NCBI GenBank assembly: GCA_913048065.1 | Contig: CAJWVG010000003.1 | Location: 1 to 49,809, forward strand | Reading direction: 5' to 3' | DNA length: 49,809 nucleotides | Origin: an uncultured Gammaproteobacteria bacterium | GTDB lineage: Bacteria > Pseudomonadota > Gammaproteobacteria > GCA-002705445 > GCA-002716945 | In this document: piece after piece, positions 28,363 through 40,734 of the stretch | Layout: each line of letters starts with the position of its first letter | Position numbering within the stretch: position 1 is the first letter of the stretch | The notes under the pieces: generated by a model | What the model was told of the DNA's origin: nothing | Database searches by the model: none | The model's input: the letters and a program-made list of their open reading frames with translations, nothing else | Translations under genes and position numbers: made by a program

Positions 28363-29076
28363 CTAAATTGAATTTTCTATTAAAGAATATATTTCTTTAT
28401 TTCTAGAAATGAAAGGTAAATGCCCTACATCTTTAATTATTTTTTTTTGTATAAATTTATTATCTAATCCTTTAAGGTATTCCATATCATTGAAAATGTC
28501 ATTTTCGGAGTTAATAAGAATAATATCTCTTTGGATATTTTCTATATCATGTTTAAAATTTTCCATATATTCTAAATTTTTTATGAGCTCATTATTGCTA
28601 GGCCAATAAGAATCATAATAAATTTTATTGAGCATTATTAACTCTTGTTTCAGATATTTTGAATGTCTTAAAACTTCGTATGTGAATTTTTGAATTGTTT
28701 TTTCTCTGCGGAGCCTTAAATTACTTTTTAATTGAGCAATGTTCTCTGGATTCAGAATAGTTTTATTTTTCCCCATTATGTTTAAATTAGTATTTATAAG
28801 AAAGATTTTTTTTATGTTCGAGTTAATAGATGAATAGCTTTTTAATGCTAGTAATCCGCCATATGACCAGCCAACAACTATAGTGGGGTGATTGATATCT
28901 GAAAAAATCCGGTCACAAAATTTTTGATGATCAAGTTTTAATGTTTTATTTTTTCCATAACCAGGTAAATCATACATTTTAACTGAGTGTTTTGTGTGAA
29001 AATAATTTCTAATACCGCACCAAACTTTACTATCGAAAAGCCAACCATGTATAAAAATAATATTTAAATTTTGCAT
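28363..29076 (-). CDS. bioH: Alpha/beta hydrolase, pimeloyl-ACP methyl ester carboxylesterase-like
   Basis: IHGW, DLPGYG, GWSYGG nucleophile elbow, SEND, GHLPFIS; adjacent to bioC. Confidence 0.8.
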   Translation of the reverse strand: MQNLNIIFIHGWLFDSKVWCGIRNYFHTKHSVKMYDLPGYGKNKTLKLDHQKFCDRIFSDINHPTIVVGWSYGGLLALKSYSSINSNIKKIFLINTNLNIMGKNKTILNPENIAQLKSNLRLRREKTIQKFTYEVLRHSKYLKQELIMLNKIYYDSYWPSNNELIKNLEYMENFKHDIENIQRDIILINSENDIFNDMEYLKGLDNKFIQKKIIKDVGHLPFISRNKEIYSLIENSI

Positions 29077-29127
29077 ATTTTGAAAGGTAATCTATCATTA
29101 CTGTAATATTAATTATATATTAATCAG

Positions 29128-29721
29128 ATGTTAGAAAATATGTTGATTATAGATATGTTGGTAGTCTCTTTAATACTATACATTATTGGCTCAATTCCAT
29201 TTGCTGTTATTATATCAGCTTTATTTAGGCTGCCAGACCCAAGATCATTTGGATCAAATAACCCAGGGGCAACCAATGTTATGAGAAGTGGAAATAAATA
29301 TGCTGGGATTTTTACTTTAATAGGTGATGCTCTGAAAGGATATATCCCCGTATATGTTTTACTAACCATGGGTTTTGAAAATTATGAAACATATCTCTTG
29401 TCTTTCCTCATACTGATTGGACATACATTTCCAATATTTTTAAAATTTAAAGGTGGCAAAGGAGTTGCTACATCTCTTGGAATACTCCTATCACTAAATA
29501 TATTAATTGGTCTATTTTTTATAGTTATATGGTTATTTATGTATTACCTTTTCAAAATTTCTGGTGTATCAGCTTTAGTGGGCTTTCTATTTTTGCCATT
29601 ATATTTCTTTTTGCTAAATGAAAATAGTTATATGACTGCAATATCATTCTTAAATCTTGTTTTTATTTTTTTAACCCATAAAAGTAATATAATATGTTTT
29701 TTAACTAATAAACCTCGATGA
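29128..29721 (+). CDS. plsY: Glycerol-3-phosphate acyltransferase PlsY (true start may be 29140 or 29155)
   Basis: GSIP, DPRSFGSNNPGATNVMR, DALKG, GHTFP..FKGGKGVAT, THKSNI. Confidence 0.95.
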   Translation: MLENMLIIDMLVVSLILYIIGSIPFAVIISALFRLPDPRSFGSNNPGATNVMRSGNKYAGIFTLIGDALKGYIPVYVLLTMGFENYETYLLSFLILIGHTFPIFLKFKGGKGVATSLGILLSLNILIGLFFIVIWLFMYYLFKISGVSALVGFLFLPLYFFLLNENSYMTAISFLNLVFIFLTHKSNIICFLTNKPR

Positions 29722-30696
29722 AGGATGGGGGGTGATTTCCAAAGAATTTGTTAAATCTACCTTTGATTTTAGCCAGCCCATATATGCAATCATAGCTCCA
29801 TTATCGGTACTAAATTCCAAATCTGGGAAATATACTATTGAATCACTTTTTTCCTTATCAAATCTTTCTCGAAGCTTTTTATTAGCGCTAACACCACCAG
29901 CGACTACTATATTTTTAATTTTTAGGTTTTTCGAGGCTTTTAAAGTTTTTGAGATTAAAACATCTATGATTGAATTTTCAAAATCAAATGCAATCTCTGA
30001 AATTATTTCACTATTTAATTCTGTTTTATTAATTACTTGTGTAACATGCGTTTTTAATCCACTAAAACTAAAATTATAGCATTTAGTATTAATCATTGGT
30101 CGTGGGAAGTTATATGATGATGATTTTGTTTTTTCAGACATTTTTGAAATTTCAGGTCCCCCGGGATAAGATAAACCCAAATGTCTAGCAACCTTATCGA
30201 AGACTTCTCCAGCAGAATCATCTAATGTTTTCCCAATAATTTCATGTTGTGTATTATTTTTAATTAGAGATAGCATTGTGTGTCCACCTGAAACTAATAA
30301 AGATATGAATGGTGGTTTGAGATTTTTTTCGGAAATCATAGCTGAAAATATATGAGCTTCTAAATGGTCTATTTCAATAGCTTTTATGTTGAGAGACCAT
30401 GCAAGTGACTTTGCAAATGATGCTCCTGTTAATAATGGACCTAATAAACCCGGGCCATTTGTAAAAGCAATTAAATCGATATTTTTCAATTGAATTTCTA
30501 CTTGATTCAATAACTCTTCCAATAAAGGCACTAATTTTAACACATGATCTCTTGATGCTAATTCTGGTACAACTCCTCCATATTTACCATGTATGTTATG
30601 CTGGGAGTTTACTATGTGTCCTAGAATTCCTCTTTCAGAATGGTATAAGGCTAGTCCTGTTTCATCACATGAAGATTCAATCCCAAGTATTATCAT
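29701..30696 (-). CDS. tsaD: tRNA threonylcarbamoyladenosine biosynthesis protein TsaD
   Basis: LGIESSCDET, GGVVPELASRDH, HLEAH, LVSGGHT, FSFSGLKT, STDNGAMIA. Confidence 0.97.
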   Translation of the reverse strand: MIILGIESSCDETGLALYHSERGILGHIVNSQHNIHGKYGGVVPELASRDHVLKLVPLLEELLNQVEIQLKNIDLIAFTNGPGLLGPLLTGASFAKSLAWSLNIKAIEIDHLEAHIFSAMISEKNLKPPFISLLVSGGHTMLSLIKNNTQHEIIGKTLDDSAGEVFDKVARHLGLSYPGGPEISKMSEKTKSSSYNFPRPMINTKCYNFSFSGLKTHVTQVINKTELNSEIISEIAFDFENSIIDVLISKTLKASKNLKIKNIVVAGGVSANKKLRERFDKEKSDSIVYFPDLEFSTDNGAMIAYMGWLKSKVDLTNSLEITPHPSSRFIS

Positions 30697-30780
30697 ATCT
30701 ATCTCAAATTGCTTAAATTCATTGCTTTATTAATATAATCAAGTAATATTACGCCATTATAAACTATTTTATGAGATTTT

Positions 30781-31005
30781 ATGCCAAGTGTACAAGTTAG
30801 AGAAAATGAGCCATTTGAAATAGCCCTGAGAAGGTTTAAAAGAGGTTGCGAGAAAGCTGGTATTCTCACAGAAACACGTAGACGTGAGTTTTATGAAAAA
30901 CCTACTGCAATGAGAAAAAGAAAAATTGCTGCTGCAACCAAAAGACATAAAAGAAAGGTAAGTATGTCTGCTATTAGAAAAAAACCTCCATATAAAAAAT
31001 TCTAG
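30781..31005 (+). CDS. rpsU: 30S ribosomal protein S21
   Basis: [37 protein letters not shown]. Confidence 0.97.
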   Translation: MPSVQVRENEPFEIALRRFKRGCEKAGILTETRRREFYEKPTAMRKRKIAAATKRHKRKVSMSAIRKKPPYKKF

Positions 31006-31022
31006 TTCTTGATTAACTATCA

Positions 31023-31463
31023 ATGAAGTCAATAATTCAAAAAGATATAATTCAATTAATGAAGTCTGGTCAAAAAGATAAAGTTGAAAAACTAAGATTC
31101 ATATTATCGTTTATTACTCAGGAAGAGAAAGATAAAAATAAAGAATTATCAGATAGTGAAATAATACAGATACTTAAAAAGGCATTAAAAAGAAATCAAG
31201 ATTCATATGAACAATTTACAAAAGCTGGTAGAGAAGATTTAGCATCTAAAGAAAAAGAAGAAATTCTGATTATTCAAAATTATCTTCCTGAAGAAATGAC
31301 CGAAGAAGAGATTATTAAAATCATACAAGAAACAATTACTTCTATAGGTGCAACATCAATGAAAGACATGGGTAAAGTAATTGGTATGATTAAAAAAAAT
31401 CATGGTGATAATGCAGATATGTCATTAGTAAGTAAGCATGTCAAATCATTGCTCAATTCATAG
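31023..31463 (+). CDS. GatB/YqeY domain protein
   Basis: QF..AGREDLA.KE..E, YLPEEM, SMKDMGKV, ADM..VS; follows rpsU. Confidence 0.9.
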   Translation: MKSIIQKDIIQLMKSGQKDKVEKLRFILSFITQEEKDKNKELSDSEIIQILKKALKRNQDSYEQFTKAGREDLASKEKEEILIIQNYLPEEMTEEEIIKIIQETITSIGATSMKDMGKVIGMIKKNHGDNADMSLVSKHVKSLLNS

Positions 31464-31485
31464 ATTAGAGTTTATTTTTTTCTAA

Positions 31486-32067
31486 TTATGATTGTTCTTC
31501 TGCATCAGTTCTTATATTTTGTAATGCATTAATCAATGTATTTCTTTCATTTATATTTTCTGGGTCAAAATATTGTTTTAAACTTGTCCACTTTAAAAAA
31601 TTGATATTATCTAGAGCCCTTGTTTTATTTTGATCTAGATTATTGTCAACATAATCCCTCCTCGTTTTTAAAACCCAGGTTACAAGTGGATCTTGTACCC
31701 CATAATTTGTTTGATTATAATCAGCTGGAACATAACAATGTCCACGTTCTTTTTTGTATTTCATTAACTTCTCTAGCATTTCTTCCCAATGTGTTTTTTC
31801 TTGTTTGTCATCCTCCGGTTGATCTGATACATCATATTGTTCAAGAAATAAAAATAGTTTTTTAGTTGGTCTAGGCCAATGATATATGCCTCTGTTAAGC
31901 CAGCTAGCTGTATGGAAAACATCTGTATTGTCCTTTAGATACATTGCAAATTCGTCTATAGGAACTCTATATCTTTTGGAATCTACAGAAAAACTAATGG
32001 CTGTATTAGTATTTAATAGTTCTCTATAGATGGTGAGTCTAGTTGTTTTTCTTATTTTATATGACAT
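31486..32067 (-). CDS. Orphan protein with one helicase-associated (HA) domain and an unknown N-terminal domain
   Basis: Residues ~94-160 WEEMLEKLMKYKKERGHCYVPADY...LVTWVLKTRRDY..NNLDQNKTRALDNINFLKW follow the HA-domain pattern; no helicase motifs. Confidence 0.7.
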   Translation of the reverse strand: MSYKIRKTTRLTIYRELLNTNTAISFSVDSKRYRVPIDEFAMYLKDNTDVFHTASWLNRGIYHWPRPTKKLFLFLEQYDVSDQPEDDKQEKTHWEEMLEKLMKYKKERGHCYVPADYNQTNYGVQDPLVTWVLKTRRDYVDNNLDQNKTRALDNINFLKWTSLKQYFDPENINERNTLINALQNIRTDAEEQS

Positions 32068-32170
32068 ATATTATCTTTTTTCATATATTATATATTATTT
32101 ATTTATCATTGTCGATATATCATATATTTATATTTATTAATATTAGCTATCCTCAATATCGGCATTGTAG

Positions 32171-34658
<2,488 letters not shown>

Positions 34659-34661
34659 TTT

Positions 34662-35171
34662 ATGAAAATAAATAATATATTAATAATTGGCCCAATGGGA
34701 TCTGGAAAGTCATCGATAGGCAAGATTCTTGCTAAAAGAACTTCTAAGAAGTTCTTAGATATAGACTTTCAGATTATAAAAAACCAGGGTATGAATATTT
34801 CAGAAATATTTGAGAAATATGGGGAAGAATATTTTAGGGATCTAGAAAAAAAAGAATTAGAGAAATTGGATAATATCGAAGACTATATTATATCCACCGG
34901 AGGTGGCATAATCTTAAAACAAGAAAATATTGATATGATGAAAAAGATTGGATTAATATTATTTCTAGATATTGATATCAATGCACAACTTGAGCGTGTA
35001 AAAAATAAAAAAAATAGACCATTAATAGATAATGATAATGTAGAATCAAGTTTACTTGCTTTAAAGAAATATAGAGACCCTATATATAATAGTATTTGCG
35101 ATTATATAATAGATGTATCTAATAAAGAAAAGAATGTAATTATAAAAGAAATAGAGAAGATAATACTATGA
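34662..35171 (+). CDS. aroK: Shikimate kinase
   Basis: GPMGSGKSSIG, GEEYFR, STGGG, RPL, R.PIY. Confidence 0.95.
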   Translation: MKINNILIIGPMGSGKSSIGKILAKRTSKKFLDIDFQIIKNQGMNISEIFEKYGEEYFRDLEKKELEKLDNIEDYIISTGGGIILKQENIDMMKKIGLILFLDIDINAQLERVKNKKNRPLIDNDNVESSLLALKKYRDPIYNSICDYIIDVSNKEKNVIIKEIEKIIL

Positions 35172-36244
35172 AAAAAGTCATACTCAAAATTGATAAAAAG
35201 AATATTCCTATTTTTATCGGTGATCATATTATCACCAAAATAGACTTTTCAAAATATATAAAAGGAAATGATGTCGTAATAATAACCAATAAAGTATTAG
35301 CTAAATTACATCTTGATAAATTAAAAAAGTCTTTTAAAAAATTTAACTTAAATACCTTTGTACTGCCAGATGGTGAAAAGTACAAAGATATTAATTCGTT
35401 TACAAAAATACATGATTTCTTAATAAAAAATAAATATGGAAGAGATTTAACCATTATTGCTTTTGGTGGTGGTGTAATTGGGGATTTAGCAAGTTTTTCA
35501 GCTGATACATTTCTTAGGGGAGTTAATCTAATACATATTCCAACCACTCTACTAGCTCAAGTTGATTCTTCTGTTGGTGGTAAATCTGGTATTAATCATT
35601 CACTAGGTAAAAACTTAATTGGAAGCTTTAAACATCCAGAGGTCATTATTATGGATACTTCATATCACAAAACTCTTCCAAAGAAAGAATTTGTATCTGG
35701 TATAGCTGAAGTTATTAAATATGGAATTATAGGTAGTAAAACATTTTTAAAATGGCTCAATACCAATGCGGAATCTATATTAATGAAAAAGAAAGAATAT
35801 TTAGTTAAACTAATATATGCATCTGTAAAAGCTAAATCTCAGGTTGTTCAGAAAGATGAAAAAGAATCTGGTATAAGAGCATATTTAAACTATGGTCATA
35901 CATTAGGGCATGCCATTGAATCATCAAAAAAATATAAAGGCATATTACATGGTGAAGCTGTTAGTATTGGAATGACTTTTGCATCATTTATTTCTGCAGA
36001 GAAAAGTACACTGTCGATAGAAGAATTTAATTTAATTGAGAATACATTAATTAAATTTGGACTACCTGTGTCTATTCCACACAATATACCATGCGCAAAA
36101 ATTATTAAACATATAGATTTTGATAAAAAAAAGAAACAAGGTAAAAATAATTTTGTTTTATTAAACTCTATTGGTAAGTGCTATATAACTAATTCCTTAG
36201 ACATAAAGTATATTGAAAAATTAGTTAAATCATTTCAAAATTAA
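35168..36244 (+). CDS. aroB: 3-dehydroquinate synthase
   Basis: DGEKYK, GGGVIGD, PTTLLAQVDSSVGGK, NYGHTLGHAIE, LHGEAV. Confidence 0.96.
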   Translation: MKKVILKIDKKNIPIFIGDHIITKIDFSKYIKGNDVVIITNKVLAKLHLDKLKKSFKKFNLNTFVLPDGEKYKDINSFTKIHDFLIKNKYGRDLTIIAFGGGVIGDLASFSADTFLRGVNLIHIPTTLLAQVDSSVGGKSGINHSLGKNLIGSFKHPEVIIMDTSYHKTLPKKEFVSGIAEVIKYGIIGSKTFLKWLNTNAESILMKKKEYLVKLIYASVKAKSQVVQKDEKESGIRAYLNYGHTLGHAIESSKKYKGILHGEAVSIGMTFASFISAEKSTLSIEEFNLIENTLIKFGLPVSIPHNIPCAKIIKHIDFDKKKKQGKNNFVLLNSIGKCYITNSLDIKYIEKLVKSFQN

Positions 36245-36264
36245 AAAAAGTAATAATATGATAT

Positions 36265-36277
36265 TATAATGCTAGTA
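36265..36277 (+). promoter_or_regulatory. Putative leaderless promoter of gltB
   Basis: TATAAT (36265-36270), 6 nt, then ATG (36277); no Shine-Dalgarno. Confidence 0.45.
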
Positions 36278-39200
36278 TGAATAAAAAATTTAAACATAAA
36301 AATAAGGGTCTTTATAACGAACGTTTCGAAAAAGACAACTGTGGGTTTGGCCTAATAACTCAAATAGATGATAAGCCGTCTCACTGGGTTATAGAGACAA
36401 GCATAAAAGCTCTTCAACGACTCACACACAGAGGAGCTATATCTGATGATGGAAAGACAAGCGATGGTTGTGGCTTGTTAATAAAAAAACCAGATAGTTT
36501 TTTTAGAGAAGTTGCCTCAGAAATGAATATTAACCTGGGTAAAAATTATGCCTTTGGATGTGTTTTCTTAGATAAAAATAATCAAAAAAAAGCTAAAGAA
36601 ACCTTGCATTTCCAATTACGTAAACAAGGTTTGATTGTTGAGGGTTGGAGAGATGTCCCTATTAATAAAAAAGTTTGTGGTGAGGAGGCGTTAGAAACTA
36701 TTCCTATTATTAAACAAGTAATTGTTACAGCTTCAGAATCTACACTAGAATCAGAATTTGAAAAAAAGTTATATATTGCAAGAATACAAACAGAAAAAAT
36801 TTTATCAGATGATAGTAATTTTTATATACCTAGTTTGTCTTCCAGGGTAGTATCTTACAAAGGACTTATTATCTCAGAAAATATTCAAAAATTTTATACA
36901 GATTTAAATGATAAAAGATTGAAAACATCCCTATGTGTTTTTCATCAAAGATTTTCTACAAATACACTACCTCAATGGAAATTAGCTCAACCATTTCGTT
37001 ACCTAGCGCATAATGGTGAAATTAATACAATTCAAGGTAATAGGAATTGGTATTTAGCCAGAAGAAATAAATTGAACATAGAATTACTTCCAGAACTTAA
37101 TAACTTACATCCATTAATTTCTAGATCTGATTCAGATTCTTATACATTAGATAATATGTTAGAACTTTTATTAGCTGGGGATATGGGTATATTTAGAGCT
37201 ATGAGAACGCTTATGCCTCCAGCATGGCAAAATAATAAAAATATAGATGAAAAACTTAGGGCATGCTATGAGTATCATTCAATGCATATGGAGCCATGGG
37301 ATGGTCCTGCCGGAATTGTCCTAACGGACGGAAGATATGCTGCATGCGTACTAGATAGAAATGGATTAAGACCAGCAAGATATGTACTTACAAAAGACAG
37401 ACATGTTACTTTAGCCTCTGAAATTGGAGTGTATGACTACAAACAAGAAGATGTGATTGAAAAAGGCAGATTAGCCCCGGGAGAAATGTTTGCTGTAGAT
37501 ACAGAAAAAGGAGATATTTTACTTACAGATGAAATCGATGACATACTAAAAGAAAGACATCCATATCTAACTTGGTTAAAAAAATACTCTGTTAAAGCTA
37601 ATGACTATAATAGCGAGGAAGAATTACCTATTGGTTTCGAAAATGATTTATTACTAACCTATAAAAAGTCTTTTTCAATATCTTTTGAAGAGGAAAAAGA
37701 AATTATTGCTCCCTTAGCACAGATGTCCCAAGAAGCGACTGGGTCAATGGGGGATGATACTCCTATGCCAGTGATGTCAATGCATAACAGATCTATTTAT
37801 GATTATTTTAGACAACAATTTGCCCAAGTAACTAATCCTCCTATAGATCCTTTAAGAGAAGCAAGTGTAATGTCACTTGAGGTTTGTTTTGGAATAGAAA
37901 GAAATTTATTTGAAGAATCTTCAAAACATGCAGATAGATTAATACTGAAATCTCCAATATTAGACAGACAGACTTATATATCAATAATTGAATCTAAAGA
38001 TAAAAAATACCCCCATGACGTAATAAATTTAAATTTTGATAATACTTTAGACTTAGAAGAAGCAATAAATACAATTTGTGATAGAGCTATTAGAAGTGTT
38101 AAAAAAGGCAATGTAACTATAGTTCTCTCGGATAAAAAAATAAATGAAAATCAACTAATTATACCTGCCCCAATGGCTGTAGGAGCCGTACATCACAAAT
38201 TAATAGAAAATGGTCTAAGATGTGATACTAATATTATTGTAGAAACTGGTTCAGCTAGAAACCCACATCACTATGCTGTTCTCATTGGTTATGGGGCAAC
38301 TGCCATCTATCCATATTTAGCTTTTGAAGTATTAAATGAAATGGTAACTAAAGATAAAATTAATGTTAAAAATTATGGTACATGTTTAGCAAATTACATA
38401 GCAGGTATAAACAAAGGTCTACTTAAAATAATGTCTAAAATGGGGATTTCATGTATATCAAGCTATAGAGGTGCTCAATTGTTTGAAATTGTAGGATTAG
38501 ATAGCACTATCATTGACTTATGCTTCAAAGATACAGTTAGTAGAATATCTGGTTCAGATTTTTCAGATATAGAAGAAGATCTTGAGGAAAACAGAATATA
38601 TGCTTGGGATATTAACAAAGAAATAAAAACAGGCGGGCTATTGAAGTATGTTCATAATGAGGAATACCATGATTATAATCCAGACGTTGTAAAAATGCTG
38701 CATGCATGTGTTAGTAGTGGAGAATTCGAGGATTATATTAAGTATGCTGACCTTATTAACAATAGGGATCCTAGTTTCTTACGTGACTTACTATCATTTA
38801 AAAAACAAAATAAGAAAATACCTTTATCCAAAGTTGAATCAGTTGATAAAATTTTTAGGAGATTTGATACTGCAGGTATGTCCCTCGGTGCTTTATCACC
38901 TGAAGCACATGAAGCACTAGCAATCGCAATGAATACCATCGGAGGAAGATCAAATTCAGGCGAAGGGGGAGAAGATAAAAAGAGATATAAAACAAATAAA
39001 ACTTCAAAAATTAAACAAGTTGCATCTGGAAGGTTTGGTGTTACACCACATTATTTAGTTAATGCTGAAGTGATACAGATTAAGATAGCTCAAGGAGCAA
39101 AACCAGGAGAAGGTGGTCAGCTTCCAGGACATAAAGTTGATGATATGATAGCTGAACTTAGATTTTCCGTGCCTGGAGTAACACTAATTTCTCCACCTCC

Positions 39201-40731
39201 CCATCATGATATTTATTCAATTGAAGATTTAGCTCAACTAATTTTTGATTTGAAACAAGTAAATGACAAAGCTTTGATATCTGTGAAATTAGTATCACAA
39301 GCTGGTGTTGGAACAATTGCAGCAGGAGTAACTAAAGCTTATGCGGATTTGATAACAATATCAGGATATGATGGAGGAACAGGTGCTAGTCCACTTACTT
39401 CGGTTAAATATGCTGGAAGTCCATGGGAATTAGGAATAAGCGAAACACATCAGACACTTATGATGAACAATCTTAGACACAAAGTTCGTCTACAAACAGA
39501 TGGTGGTTTAAAAACTGGTTTAGATGTTATAAAAGGAGCTATGCTTGGAGCCGAAAGTTTTGGTTTTGGTACTTCTGTAATGGTTGCTTTGGGTTGTAAA
39601 TATTTAAGAATTTGTCACTTGAATAATTGTGCGACTGGTGTTGCTACACAAAATAAAATTTTAAGAATGAAACATTTTAGTGGTAGCCCAGAAAGAGTAG
39701 TAAATTATTTTAAATTTGTTGCTGAGGATGTAAGAAATATATTATCAAATTTAGGTTTTAAATCGCTGGATGATATTATAGGCCGTACAGATTTATTAAA
39801 ACAAATCAAAGGATCTACAAAAAAACATAGAAAATTAAATTTAAAAAAATTATTAGTAAATATTAAATCTAAAAATCCTAGTTCATGTACTACTAAATCT
39901 AATGATCCATTTGATAAAGCAACTCTAGCTAAGAAAATTTTAAGAAATGTTTATCCATCTATTAAAAATAAAAAGAAAGGGACATTTGACTTTGAAATAA
40001 AAAATTTCAATAGATCAATAGGTGCAAATATATCTGGAGAAATTGCTAGATTATATGGGAATTATGGATTAAAAAATAATCTAATTACTCTTAATCTTAC
40101 AGGTACAGCAGGGCAAAGTTTAGGAGTTTGGAATTGTGATGGCTTGAATATTAGAATTACAGGTGATTGTAATGATTATGTTGGGAAAGGTATGGCTGGA
40201 GGCAAAATAGTAGTTAAAGCACCAAAAAAGCTTAAAAGTAGGGCTAATAAGATGATAATTATGGGAAATACATGTTTATATGGTGCCACAGGCGGGGAAC
40301 TTTTTGCTGAGGGAATAGCTGGAGAAAGGTTTGGTGTAAGAAATTCTGGGTGTAAAGCCGTTATCGAGGGTAGTGGTGATCATGCGTGCGAATACATGAC
40401 AGGTGGTTCCGTTGTGGTATTAGGAAATACTGGTAATAATTTTGGTGCAGGTATGACTGGTGGACTTGCTTTTGTTTATGATAAAAATAGGCTCTTTAAA
40501 AATAAAATAAATATGCAATCAGTTGAAATACAAAGCCCTATTGACTCTCAATATAAAAAACATCAGAATTATTTATTGAGTCTTTTGAAATCTCATTATA
40601 AAGAGACTGGTAGTTTAGTTACAAAAGAAATTATTAAGAATTTTAAAGAAGAGATTGGTAATTTTATGATGGTCAAACCTAAAGATTCAGATTTTAAAGA
40701 CTTATTAATGATACTCACAAAAGCTGCATAA
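36277..40731 (+). CDS. gltB: Glutamate synthase large subunit
   Basis: DNCGFG (Ntn Cys), HQRFSTNT, AHNGEINT, EPWDGPA, FAQVTNPPID, AQGAKPGEGGQLPG, CHLNNCATGVATQ, GXGXG domain. Confidence 0.98.
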   Translation: MNKKFKHKNKGLYNERFEKDNCGFGLITQIDDKPSHWVIETSIKALQRLTHRGAISDDGKTSDGCGLLIKKPDSFFREVASEMNINLGKNYAFGCVFLDKNNQKKAKETLHFQLRKQGLIVEGWRDVPINKKVCGEEALETIPIIKQVIVTASESTLESEFEKKLYIARIQTEKILSDDSNFYIPSLSSRVVSYKGLIISENIQKFYTDLNDKRLKTSLCVFHQRFSTNTLPQWKLAQPFRYLAHNGEINTIQGNRNWYLARRNKLNIELLPELNNLHPLISRSDSDSYTLDNMLELLLAGDMGIFRAMRTLMPPAWQNNKNIDEKLRACYEYHSMHMEPWDGPAGIVLTDGRYAACVLDRNGLRPARYVLTKDRHVTLASEIGVYDYKQEDVIEKGRLAPGEMFAVDTEKGDILLTDEIDDILKERHPYLTWLKKYSVKANDYNSEEELPIGFENDLLLTYKKSFSISFEEEKEIIAPLAQMSQEATGSMGDDTPMPVMSMHNRSIYDYFRQQFAQVTNPPIDPLREASVMSLEVCFGIERNLFEESSKHADRLILKSPILDRQTYISIIESKDKKYPHDVINLNFDNTLDLEEAINTICDRAIRSVKKGNVTIVLSDKKINENQLIIPAPMAVGAVHHKLIENGLRCDTNIIVETGSARNPHHYAVLIGYGATAIYPYLAFEVLNEMVTKDKINVKNYGTCLANYIAGINKGLLKIMSKMGISCISSYRGAQLFEIVGLDSTIIDLCFKDTVSRISGSDFSDIEEDLEENRIYAWDINKEIKTGGLLKYVHNEEYHDYNPDVVKMLHACVSSGEFEDYIKYADLINNRDPSFLRDLLSFKKQNKKIPLSKVESVDKIFRRFDTAGMSLGALSPEAHEALAIAMNTIGGRSNSGEGGEDKKRYKTNKTSKIKQVASGRFGVTPHYLVNAEVIQIKIAQGAKPGEGGQLPGHKVDDMIAELRFSVPGVTLISPPPHHDIYSIEDLAQLIFDLKQVNDKALISVKLVSQAGVGTIAAGVTKAYADLITISGYDGGTGASPLTSVKYAGSPWELGISETHQTLMMNNLRHKVRLQTDGGLKTGLDVIKGAMLGAESFGFGTSVMVALGCKYLRICHLNNCATGVATQNKILRMKHFSGSPERVVNYFKFVAEDVRNILSNLGFKSLDDIIGRTDLLKQIKGSTKKHRKLNLKKLLVNIKSKNPSSCTTKSNDPFDKATLAKKILRNVYPSIKNKKKGTFDFEIKNFNRSIGANISGEIARLYGNYGLKNNLITLNLTGTAGQSLGVWNCDGLNIRITGDCNDYVGKGMAGGKIVVKAPKKLKSRANKMIIMGNTCLYGATGGELFAEGIAGERFGVRNSGCKAVIEGSGDHACEYMTGGSVVVLGNTGNNFGAGMTGGLAFVYDKNRLFKNKINMQSVEIQSPIDSQYKKHQNYLLSLLKSHYKETGSLVTKEIIKNFKEEIGNFMMVKPKDSDFKDLLMILTKAA

Positions 40732-40734
40732 AAA

